Below are positions 37,527-47,116 of a stretch of DNA of 64,000 bases, piece by piece. Origin of the DNA: an uncultured Gammaproteobacteria bacterium. GTDB lineage: Bacteria; Patescibacteriota; Microgenomatia; UBA8517. The position numbers and the translations under genes are program-made. The stretch spans positions 5,159-69,158 of the forward strand of contig CAYRCU010000001.1 of the NCBI GenBank assembly GCA_964422865.1. Direction: 5' to 3'. Every line of letters begins with the position of its first letter. Position 1 is the stretch's first letter. The notes beneath the pieces are model-generated. The model made no database searches. It had not been told where the DNA came from and saw only the letters and a program-made list of their open reading frames with translations.

Positions 37527-39677
37527 TTATATTGCATCTAAATTGACCTTTCTTAGTGTCATGGCGTTGACTACCACTATTACAGAAGACATGCTCATGA
37601 GTAAGGCGCCAACTTCGGGAGACAACCTGACTCCCCAGGGCACAAACAGCCCTGCTGCCGCAGGAATGGCTATGACGTTGTAGCCCAATGCCCAAACCAG
37701 GTTTTCAACCATTTTCCTGTATACTTTTTTAGCCAAAACTATCAGACTGACAATATCCTGAGGATTGCTTCGGGTCAAAACAACATCTCCTGCTTCAACA
37801 GCCACATCGGTGCCTGCTCCAACAGCTACTCCAACGTTTGATTGGGTTAAGGCGGGTGCGTCATTAACACCGTCACCCACCATCATAACTTTATTGCCCT
37901 CTTTCTGGAGTTTTTTAACATGCTCATATTTATTCTCCGGCAGTACTTGAGCAAAAACAGTATCGATGTTAAGTTCCTTTGCCACCCCGCCAGCCACTTC
38001 TTGACTGTCTCCTGTAAGCATTGCCACCTTAACATCAAGACTGTGAAGCTTGTCGATCGCCTTTTTAGATTCCGGTTTAATCTTGTCACTAAGGGCAATC
38101 AGGCCAATGATTCGTTTGGTGTTGGCTACAAAGGCGACTGTTTTTCCTTTCTCTGAAAGCTTCTGATAAAGCTGGTTTATCTTGTCGTCCAATAATCCCT
38201 TCTCTTTCATCAGCGTTCTGTTGCCAATTAAGTATTCCGTTCCTCCAACGCTGCCTTTTAGACCCTTGCCTGCCAAGTTTTTTATATTTTTAGCTTTTCT
38301 TGGCACGATTGCGTTTTCTTTTGCAAACTTAACAATAGAAACACCCAAAACATGTGAGGAGTGCTGTTCGATTGCAGAGATTAGTGAAAGAAGTTCTTTT
38401 TGTTTTGACGACAATTTGCTTTTGCTTACCTTTCCTTCCTCAATATCAATAACATCAGTTACACCAAACTCCCCAATTGTCAGAGTTCCGGTTTTGTCAA
38501 AAACAACATAGTCAACATCTTTTACAACTTCCAGCTTTGCCATATCTTTAATGAACACTCCGTTTTTTACCGCAAGCCTGGTAGCGATGGTCGAAACAGT
38601 GGGAATTGCCAGGCCCAAAGCATGAGGGCAAGCAATAACCAGGACAGTAATTGCCAATGTCATTGCAAACACAAAAGTCTGCCCCACCACCAAGGACCAA
38701 ATAATCAGAGTGAGAATGGCTACTGCCAGTGCACTAAAGGTAAGCCACCGGGAAGCTTTGTCTGCAATGCGCTGAGCGGTGGGCTTTGTCTGTTGTGCGG
38801 CAGATATTAGTTTTTGAATCTGCCCGATGGTGGAGCTTTCCCCGACTCGATCAAGAGTAATTTCAACTGATCCATCCAAACAAATTGCCCCGGCAATCGT
38901 CCTGTCACCTTTTGCCTTTTCAACGGGTTTGCTTTCTCCGCTGATGTGAGCTTCATTAAAATTAGCGCTACCTCTCAAAATAACACCATCGGCCGGGACC
39001 TTTTCACCCGGCAAAACCCGAACCACGTCTCCTTTTTTTAATTCATTAATATCAACGTCTCTTGTGCCTCCGTCAATAATGAGGTGGGCTTTCTTGGGCA
39101 AAAGCTTAGCTACCTCTTGCAGGGCATTGCCCGCAGCGCTAGATGATTTTGCCTCCAAGAAGTGGCCAAACAAGAGTACCCAAATAAGAGTTGAAATCTC
39201 CAGATAGAATTCGGCTTCGATTGAGGGCACAAAAGTTGAAACAGCAGAAAATAAGTAGCCTGCACCAACCGCTAAAGAGACCAGGGTCATCATCCCGTAC
39301 TGGCGGGCGCGAATCTCATGACTGGCATGTTCAAAAAACACCAATCCAAAGTAGAAAATGATTGTTGCCAGGCCAAATTCAAGGTAGGAGCGGAAAAAAA
39401 AGTCAGAGTAATTAAGAAAGTTAATGCCGAGTTTGCTGAAAATTGCCAGGGGAACCAGTAAAACAGTAACTATATAGAACCTACGAAGGAAGTTCTGAGC
39501 CGCCTCTGGCCCGGCCATCATGTTAGCGTGATCGTGTCCTTCATGGTTGTGGCTATGTTTCCCGACTTGATCCTCTTTGCCTTTTTCAACCAGGTCCATC
39601 CCACCACATTTAGGACACTTCCCGGGCTTATCGGAAATTACTTCCGGATGCATTGGACAAGTGTACATTTTACTCAT
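37527..39677 (-). CDS. copA: Copper-translocating P1B-type ATPase
   Basis: N-terminal YTCPMHPEV...CPKCGGM metal-binding motif. TM CPH (IACPHALG), DKTGT, HP, and the GDGVNDAP hinge. Confidence 0.9.
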   Translation of the reverse strand: MSKMYTCPMHPEVISDKPGKCPKCGGMDLVEKGKEDQVGKHSHNHEGHDHANMMAGPEAAQNFLRRFYIVTVLLVPLAIFSKLGINFLNYSDFFFRSYLEFGLATIIFYFGLVFFEHASHEIRARQYGMMTLVSLAVGAGYLFSAVSTFVPSIEAEFYLEISTLIWVLLFGHFLEAKSSSAAGNALQEVAKLLPKKAHLIIDGGTRDVDINELKKGDVVRVLPGEKVPADGVILRGSANFNEAHISGESKPVEKAKGDRTIAGAICLDGSVEITLDRVGESSTIGQIQKLISAAQQTKPTAQRIADKASRWLTFSALAVAILTLIIWSLVVGQTFVFAMTLAITVLVIACPHALGLAIPTVSTIATRLAVKNGVFIKDMAKLEVVKDVDYVVFDKTGTLTIGEFGVTDVIDIEEGKVSKSKLSSKQKELLSLISAIEQHSSHVLGVSIVKFAKENAIVPRKAKNIKNLAGKGLKGSVGGTEYLIGNRTLMKEKGLLDDKINQLYQKLSEKGKTVAFVANTKRIIGLIALSDKIKPESKKAIDKLHSLDVKVAMLTGDSQEVAGGVAKELNIDTVFAQVLPENKYEHVKKLQKEGNKVMMVGDGVNDAPALTQSNVGVAVGAGTDVAVEAGDVVLTRSNPQDIVSLIVLAKKVYRKMVENLVWALGYNVIAIPAAAGLFVPWGVRLSPEVGALLMSMSSVIVVVNAMTLRKVNLDAI

Positions 39678-39678
39678 T

Positions 39679-39945
39679 TTATTGTCTGCGCCTGAATACT
39701 TTCAATAGTTCCTTTATAGCTTTCTCTTTTTGGTTTTTAAACTGATCAGCCACATGAGTTTTAAGATGTCTTTCAAGAATCAAGGCGTCAAGACTCTTTA
39801 GAGAGTTTTGAATTGCAAGGGATTGGTCAAGCACGTTTGTGCAGTATTCCTCCTCTTCAATCATTTTATAAAGGCCATCTAATTGGCCTTTGATAATATT
39901 TATCCGCCTTTTTGCTTGCTTTTTAACGTCGTCAGATTTAAGCAT
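39679..39945 (-). CDS. CsoR/RcnR-family metal-sensing transcriptional repressor
   Basis: 88 aa with a DUF156 pattern and conserved Cys (YCTNV) and His (HLKTHV). Immediately upstream of copA. Confidence 0.7.
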   Translation of the reverse strand: MLKSDDVKKQAKRRINIIKGQLDGLYKMIEEEEYCTNVLDQSLAIQNSLKSLDALILERHLKTHVADQFKNQKEKAIKELLKVFRRRQ

Positions 39946-39992
39946 AATGCTTATACCCTACACCCCTCTGGGGTATATGTCAAGTATCTATT

Positions 39993-40880
39993 TTAATTTT
40001 TTACAACGTTAGCTGTAATCGTACTTGTAAGCTTGGGGAAGTTTGGATTGTCGGTATTAACATATATGGTGCGCGTTAACTCCCCTAGGTCGGTGTCATC
40101 TTTGTGTACTGCTGGATTGAAAGACACATTTACGGTCGTGCTCTCATATGTGTTCAATTCTTTTTTACTTACTTTAGCCGATGTACAGCCACAGGAAGTT
40201 GAAACGCGGGTGATTTTTAAAGGTAGTGGCGTGAAGTTGGTTAGGGTAAATGTCGTAGTTGGAACATCTCCGTAGATAACAGTGCCCAAATTATGATTGT
40301 CGGGTGTTATAACAACTTCGTTATTATGTTCTTTATACGCGTTAACTCCCCCGTCAAGATCATATACATTTGTGTATCCAAGACGTGCAATTTCTTGTGA
40401 GGCGTTTTTACTCATGCTTCCTGAGCGGCAATAAACTAGAATTGGTGTTGATTTGTCTTGGGGAAGCTTATCCAAGTTTTTTGATATTTCGTCAAAGGGA
40501 ATAAAAGCGTCGGTACCGGGTATATGGGTTTGCTCGGGTATGTGGACGTCAACCAGAAACCCGTCACCTTTTTTAACAAGTTCGGAAAATTGTGTTGGGC
40601 TGACCAGTTGTACTCCTTTTGAAGCAAAACTTTTTTGACCGGAGTTACTTTTATCGGATCCTGTGTTGCTGTATGCAAAAAATGTAACAACTACAACAAT
40701 TAATCCAAAAAAGGCTAACAAGCTGAAGGTTGCAGTTTTCCTAAAGCGGGCAGATTGAAGAAGTCTTCCTATTATCATTTTGTTAAACTCCACATCCGCC
40801 CCCGCCTTGTTGTGGTTGTGGAAGACTTTTAATTTTTTGTCGGGTTTCTTGATACCCTTGACCGCTGGAATATTGTGCAC
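39993..40880 (-). CDS. Rhodanese-domain plus DUF1573-domain membrane-anchored protein
   Basis: Rhodanese active-site loop YCRSGSMS. C-terminal DUF1573-like beta domain with SCGCTSAKV. TM near the N-terminus. Confidence 0.6.
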   Translation of the reverse strand: MHNIPAVKGIKKPDKKLKVFHNHNKAGADVEFNKMIIGRLLQSARFRKTATFSLLAFFGLIVVVVTFFAYSNTGSDKSNSGQKSFASKGVQLVSPTQFSELVKKGDGFLVDVHIPEQTHIPGTDAFIPFDEISKNLDKLPQDKSTPILVYCRSGSMSKNASQEIARLGYTNVYDLDGGVNAYKEHNNEVVITPDNHNLGTVIYGDVPTTTFTLTNFTPLPLKITRVSTSCGCTSAKVSKKELNTYESTTVNVSFNPAVHKDDTDLGELTRTIYVNTDNPNFPKLTSTITANVVKN

Positions 40881-41757
40881 TTAGAACCAGCTTTGAATCT
40901 ACTTCATTCCAATCTTGTCCTTGTTCCTCAAAGTATGTAGCAAGCTCGATATAGGTTTGAGGAAACCAATATGAATTAACTTTCAGTGCCGTATCATACA
41001 TTTTTCGTTCGCTTGCTCCATTTGCTACCATGAGCTCCAAAAGGCCAAGCATGGCCATTCCGTGATTGCAATCAGGGAAATGAGTTGAGTTTCCACAACA
41101 GGGTCTAAAAATTCCCCTTGACACACGATCAACCAGTTCCTGCTGTTCTTTTGTGAGTATGACATAGGGATGTGCACTGAAATGGTTCATCACATTGCCA
41201 CGACTAAGTGACCAGCCTCCGGTCGATGCAAACTTACTTGCATCTCCCCCATATTTTTGATCTGTCATTTCACCGTTTGTTAATATTTCATTTTTATTTG
41301 CCAAGCCAAATGCCCAAAGCATGTCAAGTAAAAACCTGCTATTTTGCGAGGTCATTACAATTTTTTTGTTCCACACCCCCGAAAGAATTTTTTCTTCGCT
41401 GTCTTGCAGGCCATTTTTAAAAAGCTCTTTGAACTTGGCTTCATCTATGACTCCATCTGCAACCATTCTTTTTCCCAGATCACCCCATGTTATTGGCAAC
41501 TCAACCCCTTCTTTTGAAATAACTGTGTCTTGTAATTTTGATGAGTCTATTTTTGACTCAGTCACCTTACCAGCCTTTTGGACTCCCTTATTTTTAGAAA
41601 TCAGGGTTGAAAAGCTAAACCTTGGTTTTATGTTAAAGCTAAAGACTTGAGTGAAGATAACGACTCCTAATAAAGTAAATGCTGCCGCTCTCCAAAACTT
41701 AATTGAATTATCTCTCTTTACGTTCTTGTTTATATTTTTTCTTACTAATCTGGGCAT
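40783..41757 (-). CDS. Secreted or membrane-anchored Cys/His-rich protein of unknown function
   Basis: N-terminal TM. Cys/His cluster FRPCCGNSTHFPDCNHGMAM. C-terminal QPQQGGGGCGV. No known domain recognised. Confidence 0.4.
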   Translation of the reverse strand: MPRLVRKNINKNVKRDNSIKFWRAAAFTLLGVVIFTQVFSFNIKPRFSFSTLISKNKGVQKAGKVTESKIDSSKLQDTVISKEGVELPITWGDLGKRMVADGVIDEAKFKELFKNGLQDSEEKILSGVWNKKIVMTSQNSRFLLDMLWAFGLANKNEILTNGEMTDQKYGGDASKFASTGGWSLSRGNVMNHFSAHPYVILTKEQQELVDRVSRGIFRPCCGNSTHFPDCNHGMAMLGLLELMVANGASERKMYDTALKVNSYWFPQTYIELATYFEEQGQDWNEVDSKLVLSAQYSSGQGYQETRQKIKSLPQPQQGGGGCGV

Positions 41758-41758
41758 A

Positions 41759-42265
41759 TCAAATGTAATAATTTAATAAAATGTAAATCCCCATGCTTAA
41801 AAGCAACATTGAGCCGAGACTTAAAATAATTGATTGAAAGGGGAACAAAACTTTTCCGTTTTTCTTTTTAATCAGAGTGTTTACCGTGTCAACTAAATAA
41901 AACAATATTCCTCCTGCAAGTATGCCGAATGTTAATTTAGGGAGATTAAATACAAGACCATTATGCTCATTTATAAGTCCAAATCTGTAGAAGGATACTA
42001 TTGTTGTAACAAAAATTAATAGATAGAAAACTTGCTTTTGGAATGGAATGTAAGTTTTATTAACTGAATTTGTGATCCAGAAACTCATAGCACCCAAGAA
42101 CGCACCCATCCAAACTCCGGTGATGGAATCGTCGATGCCCAGCACTCTTGAGAGTGACAACCCTGCGCCCGCACCCGCTACACAGAGTGGACAGTGCGCG
42201 TGAGCCGGTTTTGCAAATAATAAGCCCGTTATTGATAAGGGGATGCTGTATTTTAAGTTTTTCAT
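41759..42265 (-). CDS. Polytopic membrane protein with an N-terminal HCPLC motif
   Basis: Signal-like start. AHAHCPLCVAG. Four TM helices. Confidence 0.4.
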   Translation of the reverse strand: MKNLKYSIPLSITGLLFAKPAHAHCPLCVAGAGAGLSLSRVLGIDDSITGVWMGAFLGAMSFWITNSVNKTYIPFQKQVFYLLIFVTTIVSFYRFGLINEHNGLVFNLPKLTFGILAGGILFYLVDTVNTLIKKKNGKVLFPFQSIILSLGSMLLLSMGIYILLNYYI

Positions 42266-42897
42266 CTGATTACGGTTCCATCAAAGGTTAACTCTTTGAT
42301 TCCCGACGGTTTGCTAAAGGTTAGTCGCACGGCTCTATTGAAAGGCCCTACTCCCTGCGGACCATGAGCAGCAGGATTAAACTCCACAATTATTTTTGCT
42401 GTTTCTCCGGGAGGGATTTCAAAATTTATTGGAGGATTCTTATCTCCCGGGTGCTCCATGCCAAAAAATCTTGATTCTTTGCCGTTTAGTGACACCTTTG
42501 CCTTAGTACACATGCAGGAAGTTACAATTTTTTGCAATTTTGCGGTTTGAGTGGTCTCGTTTTTTACTTCATATTCTCTTGAGATTAAACCACCATTAAT
42601 CGGAACGTCACCGAGTTTGTAAGTTTCAGGACTAATTTGAATATCGGTAATCTGGACCTGAGATTGATTATTTTCGTCTGCAGTGCTTTCTTCTGTACCT
42701 TGCGAAAATGCAAAACCTATAACCAGAACGGCTGTAAGCGCAATAATTCCAAAAAATATTTTTATATCGCCAGATCCAAACTTGTTTATATCGCCAGATC
42801 CAAACTTGTTTATATCACTAGATCCAAACTTGTTTATATCACTAGATCTAAACTTGTTTATATCGCCAGATCCAAACTTGTTTATATCGTTTCCCAT
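42262..42897 (-). CDS. DUF1573-domain membrane protein with five N-terminal DINKFGSG repeats
   Basis: Tandem octapeptide repeats, one TM, and DUF1573-like TSCMCTKAKV. Confidence 0.55.
   Translation of the reverse strand: MGNDINKFGSGDINKFRSSDINKFGSSDINKFGSGDINKFGSGDIKIFFGIIALTAVLVIGFAFSQGTEESTADENNQSQVQITDIQISPETYKLGDVPINGGLISREYEVKNETTQTAKLQKIVTSCMCTKAKVSLNGKESRFFGMEHPGDKNPPINFEIPPGETAKIIVEFNPAAHGPQGVGPFNRAVRLTFSKPSGIKELTFDGTVIR
42760..42897. repeat. Five and a half copies of a 24-bp tandem repeat (GATCCAAACTTGTTTATATCGCCA) encoding DINKFGSG
   Basis: Direct inspection. Copies are near-identical, with a few substitutions. Confidence 0.8.
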
Positions 42898-43170
42898 TTA
42901 TTTTTCATTTCTCCCAAAAAGATCAACGATTTCTTCAATGAGTTTCTCTCTTTTGGATTTGGTTCCATGGATTTCATTAAAAACACATGAATGAAGATGT
43001 CCGTGAAGTATTAGTTCATCTACTTTTTTAAGTGCAGCTTGCACTGCTTTAGACTGATGAATCACATCAGGGCAATATGCATCTTCTTCAACCATACTGC
43101 GCACTTTTTTAAGATGCCCTTCTGCTCTTGCTAATCTATCTATTGCCTGCTTCTTGACAGTTTTATCCAT
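42898..43170 (-). CDS. csoR: CsoR-family copper-sensing repressor (canonical Cys-His-Cys form)
   Basis: 90 aa with C in YCPDV, HGHLHSC, and helix pattern matching CsoR. Confidence 0.75.
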   Translation of the reverse strand: MDKTVKKQAIDRLARAEGHLKKVRSMVEEDAYCPDVIHQSKAVQAALKKVDELILHGHLHSCVFNEIHGTKSKREKLIEEIVDLFGRNEK

Positions 43171-43233
43171 AATACCTATTCTATCCTTATCCCCCCGTTA
43201 GGGATATTATTTATAATAATGGATTGATTATTC

Positions 43234-43836
43234 TTGTCAATGGGGGAAAATAACAAAAATAAAATGAAAAAGAAAACCGATCAAAAAGAAATCGAGAAAT
43301 TATTAAAAAAAGTGGCAGATGTTACAAAAGAAAACAAGATTGATTTGTCCTCCGGTGAAGACCTTTCCGTGGGAATAATGAACCTTATTGCCATAGAAGA
43401 GCATCTTTTTTACACTTCACAAAAAACCGGAAAGAAAAAATATTTGGGTCTTCTTAATGAGATCCGAGCAATGCGAACAGAGCTTATGCAGGAGATAATC
43501 AAAGATTATGAAGGGGAGGTTTGGTGTATTAGTAAGCATTTGCTGGCTGCTTCGATGAGGGTGATGGAAGTTGGAACAAAGGAGCTTAAGAAAGGCAACA
43601 AAGACAAAGCTTGGAATTTATTTAGAAAGAGTTACAATCTTTACTCTTTATTTTGGGGCATAAACCTTGGCGTTGTTAAAACCGATAAAATAAAGCGTGG
43701 TGACAAAGGAGTGAATTTAACAAACAAGAGTTTGCAAGCTTCATTTATAGATGATGATAATAAAAGTGGGTCTGCTTCACTATTTAGCAAGCTTGGGCAG
43801 ATTGTTCAAAAGGCAATAGATTGTTGCAAAGAGTGA
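43234..43836 (+). CDS. Hypothetical Lys-rich protein ending in a C-terminal vicinal Cys pair (…AIDCCKE)
   Basis: 200 aa, divergent from csoR. C-terminal CC motif like merA and the 49-aa peptide. Confidence 0.4.
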   Translation: MSMGENNKNKMKKKTDQKEIEKLLKKVADVTKENKIDLSSGEDLSVGIMNLIAIEEHLFYTSQKTGKKKYLGLLNEIRAMRTELMQEIIKDYEGEVWCISKHLLAASMRVMEVGTKELKKGNKDKAWNLFRKSYNLYSLFWGINLGVVKTDKIKRGDKGVNLTNKSLQASFIDDDNKSGSASLFSKLGQIVQKAIDCCKE

Positions 43837-43897
43837 CTATTGGATGATCAGACTGGACTTATTGGAGGCATGAATAAGACAGCTTTGGAGAGAAACT

Positions 43898-45307
43898 CTA
43901 GATACAGCAACTTAATTTTGAGATGTCTTTCTTAAAAGAAAGCGCTGCAAGTTTTATTCCCTCGCTTAGTGTGGGGAACATTGGCAGCGAATTAATTACA
44001 TCATCAATAGTGTTTTTGTTTTTTACTAGCATCATGGCTTCAGCTATTAACTCTCCGGCTTGGGGAGCAAGAATATGAACTCCAAGAATTTCGGCTGTTT
44101 CTGGGTGAATACTCATACTAATCAGGCCTTCTGTTCTTCGCAGTATAGCGGCTTTGGGAACATGCTTGAAAGAGACTGTGCGACATGCGCAAGTATTCAT
44201 TCTTTTCATTTGTTCTTCCTCGGTTAACCCTACACCTGCTAGCTGGGGATCAGTAAAAATAGTATAGGGAACAGCATTGTAATCAATGTTATTCTTTGTA
44301 ATTTTGAGAGCGTTTTCGGCAGCTAAAGTTCCTTCACGACCGGCAGTCGTCTCAAGCCTGAGTGGTAAATCAACAACATCTCCAACCGCAAAAATGTTTG
44401 GATTATTGGTTTGAAAATTCTCATTAACCACTATAGACTTTCTATCATTTACTTTTACATTGGTAAGTTGCAGTCCCAAACCATTAGTATTTGCGGTCTT
44501 GCCTGTTGCCAAAAGGATTTCATCACAGATTATTTCATCTTGTTTGCCATCTACCTCATAAACAACAATTTTCTTTTCACCTTCTTTTCTTACGCTTTTT
44601 ATTGGAGCATTTGTTTTAACTGTAATACCTTCTTTTTTAAATATTTCTAATAATCGTGCCACCAGTGCTTTGTCTCCTGTTCTAAAGACTGCATCGCCTC
44701 TAACAAGCATTGTTACTTTTGTTCCAAATCGAGCAAACATTTGAGAAAATTCCAAGGCTATTGCCCCTCCACCAACAACCACCAGCTCTTTTGGTTGAGT
44801 TTCCAGTTTTAACGCTTCAATGTGAGTTATATATCCAGCTTTCTTTATTCCATCAATAGGAGGAATATTGGCTGTAGAGCCAGTTGCAATAATAAATTTA
44901 TCTGCTTGCAGCCTCTCTCCATTTACTTCAACTTCTGTTTCAGAAATAAACTTTGCTCGCCCTTCAATTAAAGTAACATTTTCAAGATTTGCCAGTACTC
45001 CCTCATACTTCTCATTGCGCATTTTCTCAACCAAGGAAAGCTCATCTGCTATAACTCTTTGAAAGTCAAAGTTTTTAACTTCAAGCTCTATGCCGGGGAC
45101 ATTGTGATTTTTTGCCAAGTGTAGTAATTCTCCTGCATAAAGCAGAGTTTTAGATGGAACACAACCAACATTTACACAAGTTCCTCCTAGAGGAAGCCCG
45201 TCATTTATTATTGCAGTTTTGGCTCCCAACTCATCGGCTTTAATGGCAGCCGCAAAAGCACCAGCTCCACCACCTATAATAACTAAATCAAACTGCTGTT
45301 CTGTCAT
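43898..45307 (-). CDS. merA: Mercuric reductase (core MerA, no NmerA domain)
   Basis: FAD motif GGGAGAFAAA. Redox disulfide GGTCVNVGCVPSK. C-terminal ...KLSCCI vicinal Cys pair characteristic of MerA. Confidence 0.75.
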   Translation of the reverse strand: MTEQQFDLVIIGGGAGAFAAAIKADELGAKTAIINDGLPLGGTCVNVGCVPSKTLLYAGELLHLAKNHNVPGIELEVKNFDFQRVIADELSLVEKMRNEKYEGVLANLENVTLIEGRAKFISETEVEVNGERLQADKFIIATGSTANIPPIDGIKKAGYITHIEALKLETQPKELVVVGGGAIALEFSQMFARFGTKVTMLVRGDAVFRTGDKALVARLLEIFKKEGITVKTNAPIKSVRKEGEKKIVVYEVDGKQDEIICDEILLATGKTANTNGLGLQLTNVKVNDRKSIVVNENFQTNNPNIFAVGDVVDLPLRLETTAGREGTLAAENALKITKNNIDYNAVPYTIFTDPQLAGVGLTEEEQMKRMNTCACRTVSFKHVPKAAILRRTEGLISMSIHPETAEILGVHILAPQAGELIAEAMMLVKNKNTIDDVINSLPMFPTLSEGIKLAALSFKKDISKLSCCI

Positions 45308-45675
45308 TTGTTTTCAGTATAAATCGTATCAGAGTAGATTGTCGCCTTATATGGTTCTATCGCTTTAATAATTTGTTCGTCGCTTACTTTTCTTTTCTCG
45401 TAAATTACCCACCCCTCACCGTCAAGATTATCCGTAAAACCCACATAAGCATCGATTACACCGCCAACTGCCTTCAGATTGTATTCTGCGCCAACTGCGC
45501 ATGAAGTACACCACATTCCTTCGATTGATAATTCTGCCTTGTATAACTGTCGTCCATTAAGCGAACCCAGTACTGCCGAAACTCCATTATTTGAACCAGA
45601 AATCCTATTTTTTGTCATAATCCCTCCTAAAATAGCTGTGCTTAGTACCACAATTAGGAAAATAATTTTTCTCAT
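45304..45675 (-). CDS. merP: Secreted HMA-domain mercury/metal-binding protein (MerP-like)
   Basis: Signal peptide plus GMWCTSCA (MxCxxC) HMA motif. Confidence 0.6.
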   Translation of the reverse strand: MRKIIFLIVVLSTAILGGIMTKNRISGSNNGVSAVLGSLNGRQLYKAELSIEGMWCTSCAVGAEYNLKAVGGVIDAYVGFTDNLDGEGWVIYEKRKVSDEQIIKAIEPYKATIYSDTIYTENK

Positions 45676-46046
45676 AAATTAGTGTCGAATCTTAGTTGAT
45701 AAACCCAGGGTGCAATCAAAGGTGTGACAATAAAAGTCAAAAAATAATAAAGCAAGATTGCTACTAAGAATGAACCGCCAAACATCAATAACTGTTGTTC
45801 TTTGGCTAAATGTTTACTTCGGCAGTTTTTTCTATATAACTTATAAAACCCAAACCCTAAAACCATTATCCCAAAGCCAAGAAAATACGGCTTACGGTAG
45901 CCAATAGATAAAGCAGTTGATGCACTGCCTACTCCCAGTAGAATTAGTGCGAGAGGGCCAATGCAACACAGGGAGGCGACAAGGGCTGATAACACACCCC
46001 ATTTCAGAGATGAATCAGTGGTTCTTTCCTGTTCGTTTTTTTTCAC
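45672..46046 (-). CDS. merT: Mercuric transport protein MerT-like
   Basis: First TM with a vicinal Cys pair ASLCCIGPLALILLG, as in Tn501 MerT. Three TM helices. Confidence 0.65.
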   Translation of the reverse strand: MKKNEQERTTDSSLKWGVLSALVASLCCIGPLALILLGVGSASTALSIGYRKPYFLGFGIMVLGFGFYKLYRKNCRSKHLAKEQQLLMFGGSFLVAILLYYFLTFIVTPLIAPWVYQLRFDTNL

Positions 46047-46435
46047 AATAATTCTTTTATTTTTTCATTTTTTAAAGAGTAATAAATAGTTTGCCCTTCT
46101 CGACGAGTTGCCACTATCCCGGCTTTGCGCAGCAGTTTTAATTGATGGGATACTGCTGATACAGTGGTGCCCAGAATTTCTGCCATGTCACAAACACAAA
46201 GTTCGTTTAATTCACCAATCAGTTTAATAAGCTTATAGCGTGTTTCTCCTGAAAGCAGTTGGTGAAGCTTAATCTTTTTGGCCAAGCTCGTATCTTTTTT
46301 TAGAGCGCTGTAAACCTTATTGATCTCTTTCTTTGACAAAGTCGGGCCAACACAAATGTGACCCAAGTGTTTTACTTTCATGATGTTTGAATAAGTGTTC
46401 AAATAAAGAATATTAGGTGAATCCTGTTCTGTCAA
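46043..46435 (-). CDS. ArsR/SmtB-family metal-responsive transcriptional regulator
   Basis: ELCVCDMAEILGTTVSAVSHQLKLLRKAGIV gives a metal-binding CVC plus a wHTH recognition helix. It is the first gene of the mer-like operon. Confidence 0.7.
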   Translation of the reverse strand: MTEQDSPNILYLNTYSNIMKVKHLGHICVGPTLSKKEINKVYSALKKDTSLAKKIKLHQLLSGETRYKLIKLIGELNELCVCDMAEILGTTVSAVSHQLKLLRKAGIVATRREGQTIYYSLKNEKIKELL

Positions 46436-46469
46436 TAGCCAGCCGGGTGAGCTTGACCCGTTTTGCGGC

Positions 46470-47111
46470 TTAGTGGGCTAATTTTTCCGGTGATTGATTT
46501 ATATAAGTGTCTATGTATTTTTGAATTAGGGCTTTGTCAACTTCGACAAGCTTCATCATTCTCCCCCAAGAAGCAACTACAACCGAATCCTCGTTTTCGT
46601 CTCGTTTGGTTATAACAACGCTGTTGTTGTTATTTTTAGCTATACTTTTAAGCTTGTTGATACTTCCTTTGTCTAAATCTTTGTATGTGATCCAGATTCC
46701 GCCGTGTTCTAAATTGTGCACTAATTGCTCATCGGGAAGCTCTTTGTCATAAAACCTCCAATCGGCAGGTGTGGACCAGTGCGGTCCTGATGTAGGAGGG
46801 TTTGTTTTATATAAAACTGTTTCTTTTGAGCTTATGTGGTTGACTCCCTCAATTTTAAATTCTTCAACTTTACCCTCTAAGGACACCTCATCTACTTTTT
46901 GCTCAAACGCAATTTCCTCCGGGGATTTTTTGCTAACCAGATAATAGCCTGCGACTACAATGACCAAGACAGCAATCAAAACCGCAATATTTCGCAACTT
47001 TTTAATAGTTGCTTGTTGTTTGGTTTTTTTTCTTTTGAGTTCTTTAATCTTTTTCTTGCGATCTCTTTTGGTCAGATCATCCCATTCTTTAGGATAGTCC
47101 ATAAATTTCAC
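46470..47111 (-). CDS. DUF3105-like membrane-anchored protein
   Basis: NPPTSGPHW...LVHNLEHGGIWI motifs. N-terminal TM. Confidence 0.5.
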   Translation of the reverse strand: MKFMDYPKEWDDLTKRDRKKKIKELKRKKTKQQATIKKLRNIAVLIAVLVIVVAGYYLVSKKSPEEIAFEQKVDEVSLEGKVEEFKIEGVNHISSKETVLYKTNPPTSGPHWSTPADWRFYDKELPDEQLVHNLEHGGIWITYKDLDKGSINKLKSIAKNNNNSVVITKRDENEDSVVVASWGRMMKLVEVDKALIQKYIDTYINQSPEKLAH

Positions 47112-47116
47112 CTCCT

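Noticed and set aside
37363-37695. 110-aa minus-strand ORF overlapping the Cu-ATPase 3' end
   Set aside because: Its first 60 codons are an alternative frame of the ATPase coding region. Only the last 49 codons, starting from the internal ATG with an SD, form a plausible gene.
43925-43945. Hairpin TCTTTCTT-aaa-AAGAAAG near the merA stop
   Set aside because: Lies inside the merA coding sequence (encodes ...DISKLSCCI). Imperfect stem and no T-run.
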